In this document: one piece after another, positions 25,569 to 36,725 of the stretch
How the letters are laid out: every line of letters starts with the position of its first letter
Position numbering within the stretch: the first letter of the stretch is position 1
Assembly: GCA_964016885.1 (NCBI GenBank)
Contig: CAXHJY010001155.1
Coordinates: 132,568-196,567, forward strand
DNA from: Eledone cirrhosa
Taxonomy: Eukaryota
Direction: 5' to 3'
Length of the DNA stretch: 64,000 bases
Program-made: the position numbers and the translations under genes
Notes under the pieces: generated by a model
The model's input: only the letters and a program-made list of their open reading frames with translations
What the model was told of the DNA's origin: nothing
The model's database searches: none

Positions 25569-25652
25569 TTGACTTAATATGTGTCCCTCACTATACAAAA
25601 TACCTTTTTTACCACCATCACGTAGGTATATTTTCCTGAATATTATTTGCTA

Positions 25653-25840
25653 GGCGATGAATTGACAGCATCAAAAGAGCGTCAGACACCATGCTTTACA
25701 GCATTGAGTTATGACCCTTTATGTTCTGAGTTCAAATCCCGCCGAGGTTAACTTTGCCTTTCATCCTGAAGGGGGTCGATAAAATAAAGTACCAGTAATG
25801 CTCTGTAAAAATTGCTGGCCTTGTGCCTAACGTAGAAACA
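25653..25840 (+). mobile_element. tRNA-derived SINE (Nin/Deu-like) with 11-bp TSD
   Basis: B box GAGTTCAAATCCC; TSD ATTATTTGCTA at 25642-25652 and 25841-25851. Abuts the 5' end of a second SINE starting at 25852. Confidence 0.85.
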
Positions 25841-25969
25841 ATTATTTGCTAGGTGCGTGGCTGATTGGTTGGATAACTGGATTCACAATCGTGGGGTTCT
25901 CAGTTCGATTCCTGGACCGGGTGATGCGTTATGTCCTTGAGCAAGACATTTTATTTCACGTTGTTCCTT

Positions 25970-26828
25970 CTACCTGGAGTAGCGACCGATAGACAGTATT
26001 AGCAATTGGAAAGACCAATGGACACATTGTTTCCTCAGTCCGATTTGACGAAAGTCGATCGACTGTCTACATACATGTGTATAAAATACTGTGTGTTTCT
26101 CAAACGATATATTGATTTGTTCTCTCTCTACATATATCTGTTGACTGCTGTGCATCACTGCGTTCTTGTGAGCTTCAAATGCCACTGTTAAACAGAGTCA
26201 TTACTGAAGATGGGAAATGGATACTTTACCATAATGTTAAGTAAAGACATCGTGGAGAAGAACCAGCCCAGAAGAGGCCTGCAACCAAGGAAGATTCTAC
26301 TGAGTGTGTGGTGGGATATCAGGGGAATGATTCATCACAAACTGCTAGGCTATAATTAAACAATAACAGCCGAAGTCTATTGCCAACAACTAAGACGTTT
26401 GAAAACACCTTTGCAGCAAAAATTAACAAACAGAAAAGAAGTCACCCTTCATCGGGATAACAGAAGCCATCACACTGCACAAAAACCAAATATTTCCTAG
26501 AAAATTATTACTGGAAAATTATGCGTAATCCGCCATATTCCCCGGACATTGCACCAACAGATTACCATCTCTTAAGAAGTTTGTGAAATCATTTGAGTGG
26601 GTTAAGACTTACTTCAAGAGAAGAAATCGAAAATGAGTTAGTTTTCTTTTTTAGTTCAAAACCTAAAGAATTTCATGAACATGGCATAATAAAAAGCTTA
26701 TTTACAAATAGCGAGAGTTCATAGAGGAGAATGGTAACTACATTAACGAGTAAATATATCTCATGTTGTGTTTTCTGTTTGTTTTATTGAGCCTTAAAAA
26801 ACGGACAGAACTTTCGTTACAGCCTGGT
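25970..26828 (+). mobile_element. 5'-truncated mariner transposon, DD34D transposase pseudogene
   Basis: RVITEDGKWILYHN, ILLSVWWDIRG, TITAEVYCQQL, LHRDN, PPYSPDIAPTDYHLLRSL, ending NGNYINE* at ~26753. TIR-like AAAACGGACAGAACTTTCGTTACAGCCTGGT. Stops and frameshifts present. Confidence 0.92.
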
Positions 26829-27080
26829 GTGTGTGTGGCCCACACAATAAGGATGATGGTTTCTATTTTAGGTACGAGACCAGCAGTCTGAGAAAAGAGA
26901 GGGAAACTGATTATATAGACCCCAGTACATAATTGGTTCTATATTTAATCGACCTCCACGGAAAGATGAAAAAGCAAAGTTGACCTCGTAAAGAGACAAA
27001 ACAAATATCATGTAATGTTTTGTCCGATGCTTCACCGATTCTGCCCATCTAATAAGAATAAAATATGTATTTCTAATAAA

Positions 27081-28413
27081 CTAGCAGCAGCAGTACCCAG
27101 CGTTGCCTAGATAGGTAAAATAATATCTGCTTTGATGAAAAGGTGTTGATCTTAGCAACTGCTTCTCGATGACTCATCTATGGCCACACATGGGGAGGCC
27201 ATGCGGGGGAAGGTGGTGATGACTTCTATCACTGAAAAACGCGGGTGACTGACGAAGGGTCATGATGGTGGAGGGAGGTAATGACCTCTAACACTAAGCC
27301 AAATTTCCTCACGCTACTTGTTTGGAAACCGATGAATTCTCAAATTCACAACTAAAAGCTCAGACGACGTCAGTGGCCATCGTTTTGCCTTTGTCCATCT
27401 ATAAGATGTGCAATGATAGGTTCTATCGTAGTATAAAAGTTGAACCAAATAAATTGATTTACGTGTGAAGTGGAGCCGAAGTTTCGAATTTGAACGGAAT
27501 CAGTTGAAAAATGTGGGAGCTAGAGCCGAAAAGGCGGAAATTTGAGCAAAAAGGTGGTATTTTCGAATATTTAAGCGGCTGCCACGCCGTTCCTGAACAA
27601 AAAATCCAAAATGTAAAGCCATTTCAGGATGTGCGATGATAAATTCTATTTTGCTTTAAAATTTGAACGAAATCGGTGGCAAAATGTGGGAGCTACAGCC
27701 AAAAATCTTATTTTTCGATACCTAAAAAAAGTTTTGCCATGTTTGGTAAAGAGAAGTACATCATTGCCAAGTCTGTAAAAGAGAAGTACATCATTCTTCT
27801 CCAGAAATAAATAGTTTTATAGATATGTGCTGTTCATACTGACCTTTTGTTAGCAAAATCACGGTGTTTTTTTGTTTTTTTTCATTCCTTCCTACACAGA
27901 ACTTCGTTTCTATTAAATATTGCGGAATGTATTGATATAAAACCTTCCACGTGTTGCATAATACTGTGTTTGTCCATGAAACACCTGACCAAGTAGATAA
28001 TACCCTTTCCATGATAATAATTTCTAACAATACCCAAATAAAATTAGATGTCAGCTGGAGGACTCCTTAAAAGTAAGAAACGAACTTTAGGGAATTTTAT
28101 GACTAGAAATAAAATATTTTCATCGACAATAATTTCACAATGTTTAGTCCATAAGTCTTCAAAATATTGTTATATCCTTCTTTTACCGAATGAATTAAAG
28201 TCTTATAAATATGCAAGATATAATGACTGACCGTCTATGGACAAACTCACAAGGTGCATACATTTTTTTTCATTGTGTTTCTTATTAAATATCGTGGAAT
28301 ATATTAATATAATACCTTCTGTGTGTTGCATAATACGATATTTGTCCATTGGTTTACATATCAAATTTGCTGCAATAATTAATGTCGTACGCACCTGTTA
28401 TATACATATATGA
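27081..28413 (-). mobile_element. Putative non-autonomous Helitron
   Basis: Minus-strand 3' end CTAGGCAACGCTGGGT hairpin + CTAG|T, nearly the same as the terminus at 30767-30796. Internal duplications ~27405-27530/27628-27705 and ~27880-27980/28260-28350. The 5' A|TC end is tentative. Confidence 0.5.
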
Positions 28414-28558
28414 TTTGATACTTCTTACACTTGGCTTTATAATATCCATGTTCACTTTGGTTTATAATAGAAGTGTGAACTGTGAACTTCTTGCTAACAC
28501 CATCTCCACTGGCTATCAACCTATTACGTTTCTAAGGCAGGCTAAGGTAACTCATTAA

Positions 28559-28766
28559 CCCTTTAACATTTATATTACTCTATATAAACTATTATATTTC
28601 TGTGGCAAAGGCTTTATCTCACATAATATCGAATCTATGAGATTTTGATATCATTTATTTTGAGAACAATGCCTTAACATAAGTATGAGAGGCCAGTTAC
28701 AGCTGGTTTGGACAGAAAGAGGTGAGAGAATTGTGGCCGGATGCGGGCGGTTTGAATGCTAAAGGG
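28559..28766 (+). mobile_element. piggyBac-type MITE (208 bp)
   Basis: TTAA|CCCTTTAACATT...AATGCTAAAGGG|TTAA. Other copies at ~80-232, ~37005-37181, 38256-38460 (also TTAA-flanked) and ~38604-38810. Confidence 0.85.
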
Positions 28767-29573
28767 TTAAATATCATAACATATCCGGCATGAAAAGCAT
28801 TATGGCTATGACGTCACTGATTCAAGGCGATAATGGATTGTTTACAAGACGTTGATCAACTGATACCATATTCTGAGCGGTGGATCAACTTCCGAAACGA
28901 CTCAGTGTTCAGAATTAAATTTCGGTTTTCAAACGATGATAATGATGATATAAATTGATTTGATCATCTTACTAAAAGTTCGTAACTTAAACATTCGCAA
29001 TAGAAAGAAAACGGAGTGTGTGTGTGCGTATGTATGTATATATATATATACACACACACACACATATCACATTACCATTTAACGCCTATTTTCCATGCTT
29101 ACATAGGTTAAACGGGTTGTCATATTATGAGATAAATCAGGTCATCTGACCATGCCTTGCTCATACAGAACTGTTTCTGGCTGGTTTCTGCAGCTGGATG
29201 CCTTACCTAATGACAACATTACAGTGTAGATTGGTTGCTTTTTATCATGGCACCAAAACAACCATCTCACAGGATAGACTGGGTGCTTTTTCATAGTGGC
29301 AACATAACTGTGAGAGCAGATGTGGAGCGTATTCAGCTTTTCGTGCATGGATAGGACAGGAGAAGTGTATAAGAAGTGCGGGAGGCAAGGAGGTGGAGCA
29401 TGAGTATGCAGGATTCGATAGGTGATTGAAGGGGGTTGAAAGTGGGATACATTGCTGATGAAGGCTGATGGGTTAGTATTAAAATGGGGGAAGGTGTATG
29501 GACAAGGCGGTGCATATATATATATATACACTTCATTAAAAATATGTTACCAAAGACTTATTTATCTCATAAT

Positions 29574-29617
29574 TTGATTTACAATTGTTTCATCCTCGTG
29601 AGACTTATCGAAATCAA
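29574..29617 (-). ncRNA. Highly degenerate hammerhead relic
   Basis: Minus strand: UUGAUU-ucgauaa-GUCUC ac GAGGAU-GAAAC-aauu-GUA-AAUCAA. Has 6-bp helix I and palindromic ACAAUUGU, but the CUGANGA core is decayed. Confidence 0.35.
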
Positions 29618-29899
29618 TCATTTTTATAAATAAATACCTCAGCAAGTTCATCTTTTAGAACGGACAAAAAGTCCGTAGATTCCAGTTTTTATACGGTTGA
29701 CTTAAGAAGCAATGAGAAAATTGGAAATGTGTACTTCCCAGCGCAAATGATCATTATAATAATAGTTAGTCACTATAAATAATAGTTGAAAAAATCAGGT
29801 AAAGTACCCTCGAGGCAGGAAAAAAAATTGACAGAGGCACATGTATAGAATTGAACCCAGCACTTAAGAAATGCCAGACAAGTTCATTAACCACTAGAC

Positions 29900-31158
29900 C
29901 AGAAGTTCTCAAACTTGTTGGGCCACCACCCCCACATAAAACCTTCAGCGCCACCCAACCTTATTTCCAGAGAGACCTGTGTATACGCAAATTGTAAATA
30001 ATATATAATAAATAAAATCGTTAATTTATATATAATCTCTCTCTATATAAAATTATTTGTCTCTCTGTCTGTCTGTTTCCTTATGCAATCTCAAAGGACT
30101 CAACTAAATCAAATCAAATTTTACGAGGTAAAGACCTCAGGCTTAACAACATGTAATTTTCATTTTCATTTGTATTAAAACAATATAACATTTTATCTAA
30201 AATATTCTACGATAGACTTTAAGTAAACGACATTTTATAACAACGACGTCACATTTTGTATGTGTGTGTGGGTGTGTGTGTGTTTGTGTGTTGCTACATA
30301 CGTTAGGCCTTAGTAAGTTACATACACATACATCTTCACGTAAATATTTAATCAGATACACAGAGAATTAAACACACACATCTACATATACATATGTGAT
30401 GACTGACAAGTGTGTATGTGAGGTTGAATTTAAGAGGCTTCAGTTACCAGTCAAACTAAGTTTTGTTATTTCAATTAACAAATCTCAGGGTCAATGCTTC
30501 AAGGTAATTGGACTTGATCTCTCTACATGTTTCTCCCATGGTCAACTCTATGTTGATTGCTCACGAGTTGTTCATTTACACACTAACAAAAAATGACACA
30601 AAAAATTACACAAGGTGCTTCAAGATTGACCGATTTTCATTTCTAAATTCTATTATCATTACAATTTTGATATTTTTTTATAAAATGTAGAGATTTTGAA
30701 ATAAGTATGAGAAAAGGGATACATCTCCATATTTATTGTTTACTAATCTGAATAAGAACAGCAATAACCCGGGCAACGCCAGGTCATTCAGCTAGTAGCT
30801 CCCAGTCCACACTGTAAATGTGGTTGGTGTTAGGAAGGGCTTCCAGCTGTAAAAAAACCTGCCAGAGACGCTTCTGTGTGAGTGAGACATGGTCTCCCAA
30901 CCATTCCCGCATTAAATGTAACAAAACCGTCTAACCCATGCTGGCATGGAAGATGGACGTTAAACGATGATGATGATAATGATACTATGTATAAATTAAT
31001 ATATTTTTTATTTTACTACATTTATATATGATATGTATCATTTGATATTTAATATACTATTATATCATCTCTACTGACCCCTCAGGCCCCAGTGCCTCCT
31101 CCCCGGACCTTCTCAATGCCCCCAAGGGGAGCAGTAGCATCCACTTTGAGAACCTCTG
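29900..31158. mobile_element. hAT/Charlie-type non-autonomous element with nested insertions
   Basis: TIRs CAGAAGTTCTCAAA / TTTGAGAACCTCTG. Imperfect 8-bp TSD CACTAGAC / AACTAGGC with a CTAG core. Confidence 0.65.
30036..30795 (+). mobile_element. Internally deleted Helitron retaining helicase C-terminal motifs
   Basis: A|TC start; 3' hairpin CCCGGGCAACGCCAGG then CTAG|T. ORF 30396-30596 FKRLQLPVKLSFVISINKSQGQ...CFSHGQLYVDCSRV matches Pif1-like SF1 helicase motifs V/VI. Confidence 0.88.
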
Positions 31159-32581
31159 AACTAGGCTGAACAGTTGTTGGCCACTAATTCCAACTATTTA
31201 GAAAACCTTAAGCTTGTAGTTAGAAGTATAAACAACACAGTTGACTTAAGAAGCACTGGGGAAATTTGAAATGTTTGCATCCCAATGCACATGACTATAA
31301 TATTAATAGATGTTTCAGCCCCTTCCAACACGACAACATAGCTATTCAGAGCTATTCCCACCAGTGTAGTCAATTAAACTCCTGTAGAACAGTACAGAAT
31401 TAAATTAGTCTGATGTTGTGACTTCAAACCAGACATCTCTGTCTACATCAACACATCACAACAGCACCATTTATTTTCTTGCATACTTCAATAATGTTTA
31501 TTTGTCATTTAGTTTTAAAAATTATAATTCTTTGAACAACTTAAAGAATTTATGACTGTTTATAAAAAAAAAAAACACCCATAAATATACACACATATGC
31601 ACACAAATACATATACCCACATACATATCCACACACTTTCTCACATACAAAACCAAGTTTTTCCTTTGTGTAAAAACAAGATGTTTTCTTTGTGCAACTC
31701 ATGCAAACATATATAAATGAACACACAGACACTGACTGTTAGAGGCACATAGACAAATACATACAGACAGATATACACATAGACTGAGATTTACAGTGGT
31801 ACAACTCAGGAATAAATTACATCACAAAAACAAGAATTTGGCAATGTCTGTGGAAACTTTATCTGATAGAAGACAATTTAAAGACAAGACTGAGCTAATT
31901 AAAAATTAAAATACTTAAGAATTTAAAATCTAGATTATAAAAAAATAAAATCAAAAAGATGTTTTATTTTTGTTTTTCTTTTGGAATTTTCAATTTCCAA
32001 ATACATTTTTTTTTTCTAAATCAGCATTTTACTTCAATTTTCCATGCTAGCATCGGTTGGACAGATTGTCACAGTCTGAGACTAGACAGGTTAGAGTGAC
32101 TTCATTTTGCTCATATATTGCATATATGACATGGTTCCTATGGTTGGAGGCCTATTCTAATGTCAACTACCTTACATGGTGTACTGGGTGCATTTTTATG
32201 AAAATGAGGCAACACCACTAACACATTCAAGGTGTACTGGGTGCATTTTATTTTAGCACTAGCACATATACTCATCTAGACTGAAGATTCCACTCAAATC
32301 CTATATTTCTCAATGATAAATATATAATTCTTGTTTTTTTCCTTAATGTGTGCGTTTGAAACATTTATAGTTCTAGGTTCAGTCACACTGTATGGTAATT
32401 TTGGCAAGTGTCTTCTACTATAGCCTCAGGTTAAATAATTGTTTCTACTTTTGGCACAAGGCTAGCAATTACCCAGTACATTACTGGTACTTTATTTTAT
32501 CAACCCCGTAAGGATGAAAGGCAAAGTTAACCTCATAATGCCATGTGAATAGAATTTGAGAGGCAGAAACTGCAGAAACCC

Positions 32582-32626
<45 letters not shown>

Positions 32627-32814
32627 TTTAGCATCAAGAATGGCATCCAGGTGCAGAAAACTTTCTGAAAAAGGATTCAAGAGTGTAGGAATGTATGTAA
32701 GTGAGATGCAGTCCCCATTGGGCCATCTGTGAGGACAATGGTACCATTTGAGTACTGACCTGGTCTGTGACAAACTGTCTAACCTAGGCTAGCATTTTAT
32801 TTTAAAAGGTTATT

Positions 32815-32981
32815 GAGGGCTGGCTGAAAAGTTAATAGGCTAACCCAGATACTCTCATGGAATGACAAAATGAGGTTTACTTTTCAACATAGTCCCTGGA
32901 ATGAAATAATGCAGTTATTAATGCATGCAAGATTTCACAGCTCCTTCATAGTCAGCCAATGGAATTTTCAGTCGGTCCTTG
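32815..32981. mobile_element. Degenerate mariner-type MITE followed by a ~46 bp tandem duplication
   Basis: GAGGGCTGGCTGAAAAGTT..AGGCT versus AGCCAATGGAATTTTCAGTCGGTCCTTG|TA. Confidence 0.45.
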
Positions 32982-34434
32982 TATTCAACTCTTAATACCA
33001 GCCAATGGAATTTTCAGTCGGTCCTTGTATTCAACTCTTAATACCAGTAACTGTTTAGCAGAAAATATCTAAAGACAGGCTTGTTAACTCAAATGTTTAT
33101 AATATCTTTACTAGTAGAAAAATTGTTGTGAAAATTTGCAGTAAACCAAAGACCTTGATTTTTAGTGTGATGCAGTCATAGTGCTGTTTTGTACTTTTCA
33201 AGAATAACTTGCTAATGTTATTTTATATGGTTTGTTAATTCATGTTTATAGTATCATTGTTAGTTGACACATAATTGTGAAAAGCAACAATATTAGTGTA
33301 ATGACTTCATTTTTAATATGATGCAGCGATAATGATGCTTTGTAGTTTTGAAGAATGTTTTGCTTGTGTGGTTTCATGCTGTGCAGAGCATTAATCGAAG
33401 TACACTGTATTTCATTAGAAATATGGTAGCTAAAAGGGTTAAAGCTGTATTAACATACAATGTAGATTCATAGAAGAGTTAAGCTTGATGTTCACAGTGG
33501 TCAGGATGACCTTCAGTGTGGAAACAAAAGATAAGGGTCTCAAGGGAAATTAAGGTAGATGAAGTGACACAGAGAATGAGGTCCATTAATGGTTTATAAA
33601 GGAAAGGGAGATATAGATATTGATCTGCACACATTAGGGTTGAGATCTATACTCTGAGAAAATAGGATGAATGAGCAAAGGTTAATATCGTGGCAATCTA
33701 TGAAACAATCTCAAGAAAACACATAAAAGGGGATTTTTATCTTTCACAGTTAAGGAAAGGTTTACAGAATCAAAGATTCAACAACATGTGTATAGTGTGT
33801 GTGTGTGTGCATGTCATTTTACATCTGCTGTTTCATGCTTGCATGATATATACATATATAAACACACATGTACACACACATATGTGTGGATATACATATG
33901 CATATGTGTGTGTGTCTATGTGTACACAGAACTTTAAAAGAGAAATAATGTGGAAAAATATATAGAACTATTATAATGACTGCATTATTCCACTGATAGC
34001 AGAGGCCATAATTGTCTGATAAATATGTCTAGAATTAGAAATAAGCTAATTAAAAATGGAATGAACTTGGTGCCACGATAAAATGCACCTGGTACACTCT
34101 GTACAGAGGAAATACCAGTGCTATGACAAGATGCACCCTATGCATTCCGTAAAGTGGTTGTGCTGGTGCCACGATAAAATGCATACAGTACACTCTGGAA
34201 AATAGTTGATGTTAGGAAGGGCATTGAATCCCTCACCTTTAATGATGATAATAACCACCACCACACCATCTCCATTACCACCTACACTATCCTCATTATC
34301 ATCTGTTTAGGTCTACTTTCCATGCTGGCATGGGTTGGACAGATCGTTGCAGTCAGTGCATATTCAGAGGACTGTCTTGTTTGTAGTACATTCCATTTTG
34401 GATGGGATTCCTACAACTGGATGCCCTTCCCATC

Positions 34435-34775
34435 ACCAACCACTTTACAGAGTGTATTGGGTGCATTTTCTCATGACATCAGCACTAGGCTGGTTGTCAT
34501 GTCCTTGAAAAGACGGAAAAGTCCTCTCTACACAATGCTGTCTCCATATGATCACTAACCACTTTAGAGAGTGTAATCGATGCATTTTATTGTGCCACCA
34601 GCACTAGAGAGGTTGTCATGTTATTGAAAAGACTGAAGAATCCTCTTTACCCTATGTTGTCTCTCTGTGATCACGAACAACCTAACAGAGTGTACTGGGT
34701 GCATTTTATTGTAATACCAACACCATAGAAGTTGTCATATCCTCAACGAGACTGATGAGTCCTCTTTATGTTGTT
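34435..34775 (-). repeat. ~2.8 diverged tandem copies of a ~120 bp unit in an RTE-tailed retroposon
   Basis: ACCACTTTACAGAGTGTA..GGTGCATTTT...GAAAAGAC..AA..TCCTCT recurs at ~34438, 34558 and 34677. Confidence 0.7.
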
Positions 34776-35820
34776 TCTAATCAACATTTAAAAAGATCAA
34801 AAGAAAAAAAATCACAAACAAATATATTTCGTTGAGAAATTAAACAGTAGTTTTGTTAAGAATTATGAGAAAATATACCCTTTTTTGTTTTTTTTTCAGT
34901 ATATTTATTATTTATTTTCAGTTGCGGTTTTGTTTCTTAAATGCAGAACGAAAAAATATTCATTTTATAAGAACTGACTGAGAATGCACCATATGTGTAT
35001 AATATCAGACTGTATCTAGTTTATCATGACCGAACAATGAACAGCAACAACAAGAAAATTAGAAGATAAAGGTAAATCAAACAGATTTTTCTTATCATTG
35101 TTTAACAAACAAATTATATATGAGAAACAGAAAGCAGCCGTTTGTAAAATCTCAACTGTCATCTCTATTTTGTTGCTATAGCAGTGGCTAGAAGAAGATG
35201 AGTAAATATTTTGAGGTAGCTATGTACTTCAAGGAAATGATGAGAGAGAAGTTTAGCATATGTCTGATTGGTTCAAAGAGCAGTAAAACTAAGAGTTATT
35301 TTGGAAATAATGAAACAATGATATATATGTATGTAAGTTCCAAACTGTTCTAAATTTAATTATAAACTAACAGAAAGTTGTTTTTGACTTACAAATTATG
35401 TTAGCATTTCTGCTATACAATAGCAGAGTTCTTATACAAGTAGATCAAATTTAATTTTTTTGTTTTTTTGGTCATTCAGCCATAGAATCTTTTTATATGG
35501 AGGAGTAAAAAAAACTTTTTTTTTTTTCAAAAAGTAAAACAAAAATAAAAATAAAATAGGGTCCTAAAGTTAAAATCTTACAAGATATATAAGAATCTAA
35601 AAGCAATATAAAAAAGCTATACATGTATGTGTGTATCTATCTATCTATATAAACATACATATATATATATATACACACACACATATATATATACACACAT
35701 ATATATATATACACACACACATATATATATACAAACACATATATATATACACACACACATATATATACACACACACATATATATACACACACACATATAT
35801 ATACACACACACACATATAT

Positions 35821-35871
<51 letters not shown>

Positions 35872-36485
35872 CACATACATAAGCTATAAATAAGAAAAAA
35901 AATATATATATATATACATAAGCTATAAATAAGAAAAAAAATATATATATATACATATATAGGCTATATATACATATAAAAGCTACACAAAAAATGTCTA
36001 AAAATCAAAGAAGTAAAAATTACACGAACTATAGAGCAATGTAAAAATTCACGAAACAAATACTATGTATAAAACTATCATAAAATATAAAGCTATGGGG
36101 GAAGATCACAAAAAACAAAGCTATCACCATTTTCTAATAGCATTTATTATTTCTTGAAGAAAAAGAAAAGAAAGCAGAAAAAAATAAAATCATTGATTCC
36201 AAATCAATTAATGAATGTTTAAGCCAAAGCCTGAGAAACATTTTTGATATGATAGAAAAAATGCTAAAAGAAAACAAAGAGTGAGACTGAGAAGTTAATC
36301 CTTTCTGAAATTTAGACAGTGTTTCCAGAAACTAATGATTAATAGAAAATAGATAAATAAATAATTAATTAAAATAAAATAAAATATAAATTAAATACAT
36401 ACAAAAAAGAATAAAAATAATAAATGGTTACTATAAACAAATTTGGGGTTATAAAGGAAAGGGAGATATAGATATTGATCATTAA

Positions 36486-36725
36486 CCCTTTCATTATATT
36501 TGTAATGAAAGGCACTATCTATAGTTTTTAAACCATTTTGAAAATAATAAAGAATTTTGAGGGATTTATTAATGTAATTTTCTCATTATTAAACCTGTGT
36601 TTGAAACATAACATAAAAAATGTTCTTACATAAAATTATGATGGAAGGTTTTTCAATAAATATAAACACTTTAAAATAAACAGCTTTCAAAGAACCAAGG
36701 GTGATTTCAGACAGTTTGGTGAAAA
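36486..36725 (+). mobile_element. Second piggyBac-type MITE family
   Basis: TTAA|CCCTTTCATT start. Homologous pieces at ~37760-37928, 38061-38250 and 47046-47110 joined to 49700-49770. Confidence 0.5.

Noticed and set aside
33592-36480. Identical ~33 bp GTTTATAAAGGAAAGGGAGATATAGATATTGATC-like segment at ~33593 and ~36448
   Set aside because: Real but short, with no structure or further copies; most likely a small local duplication.
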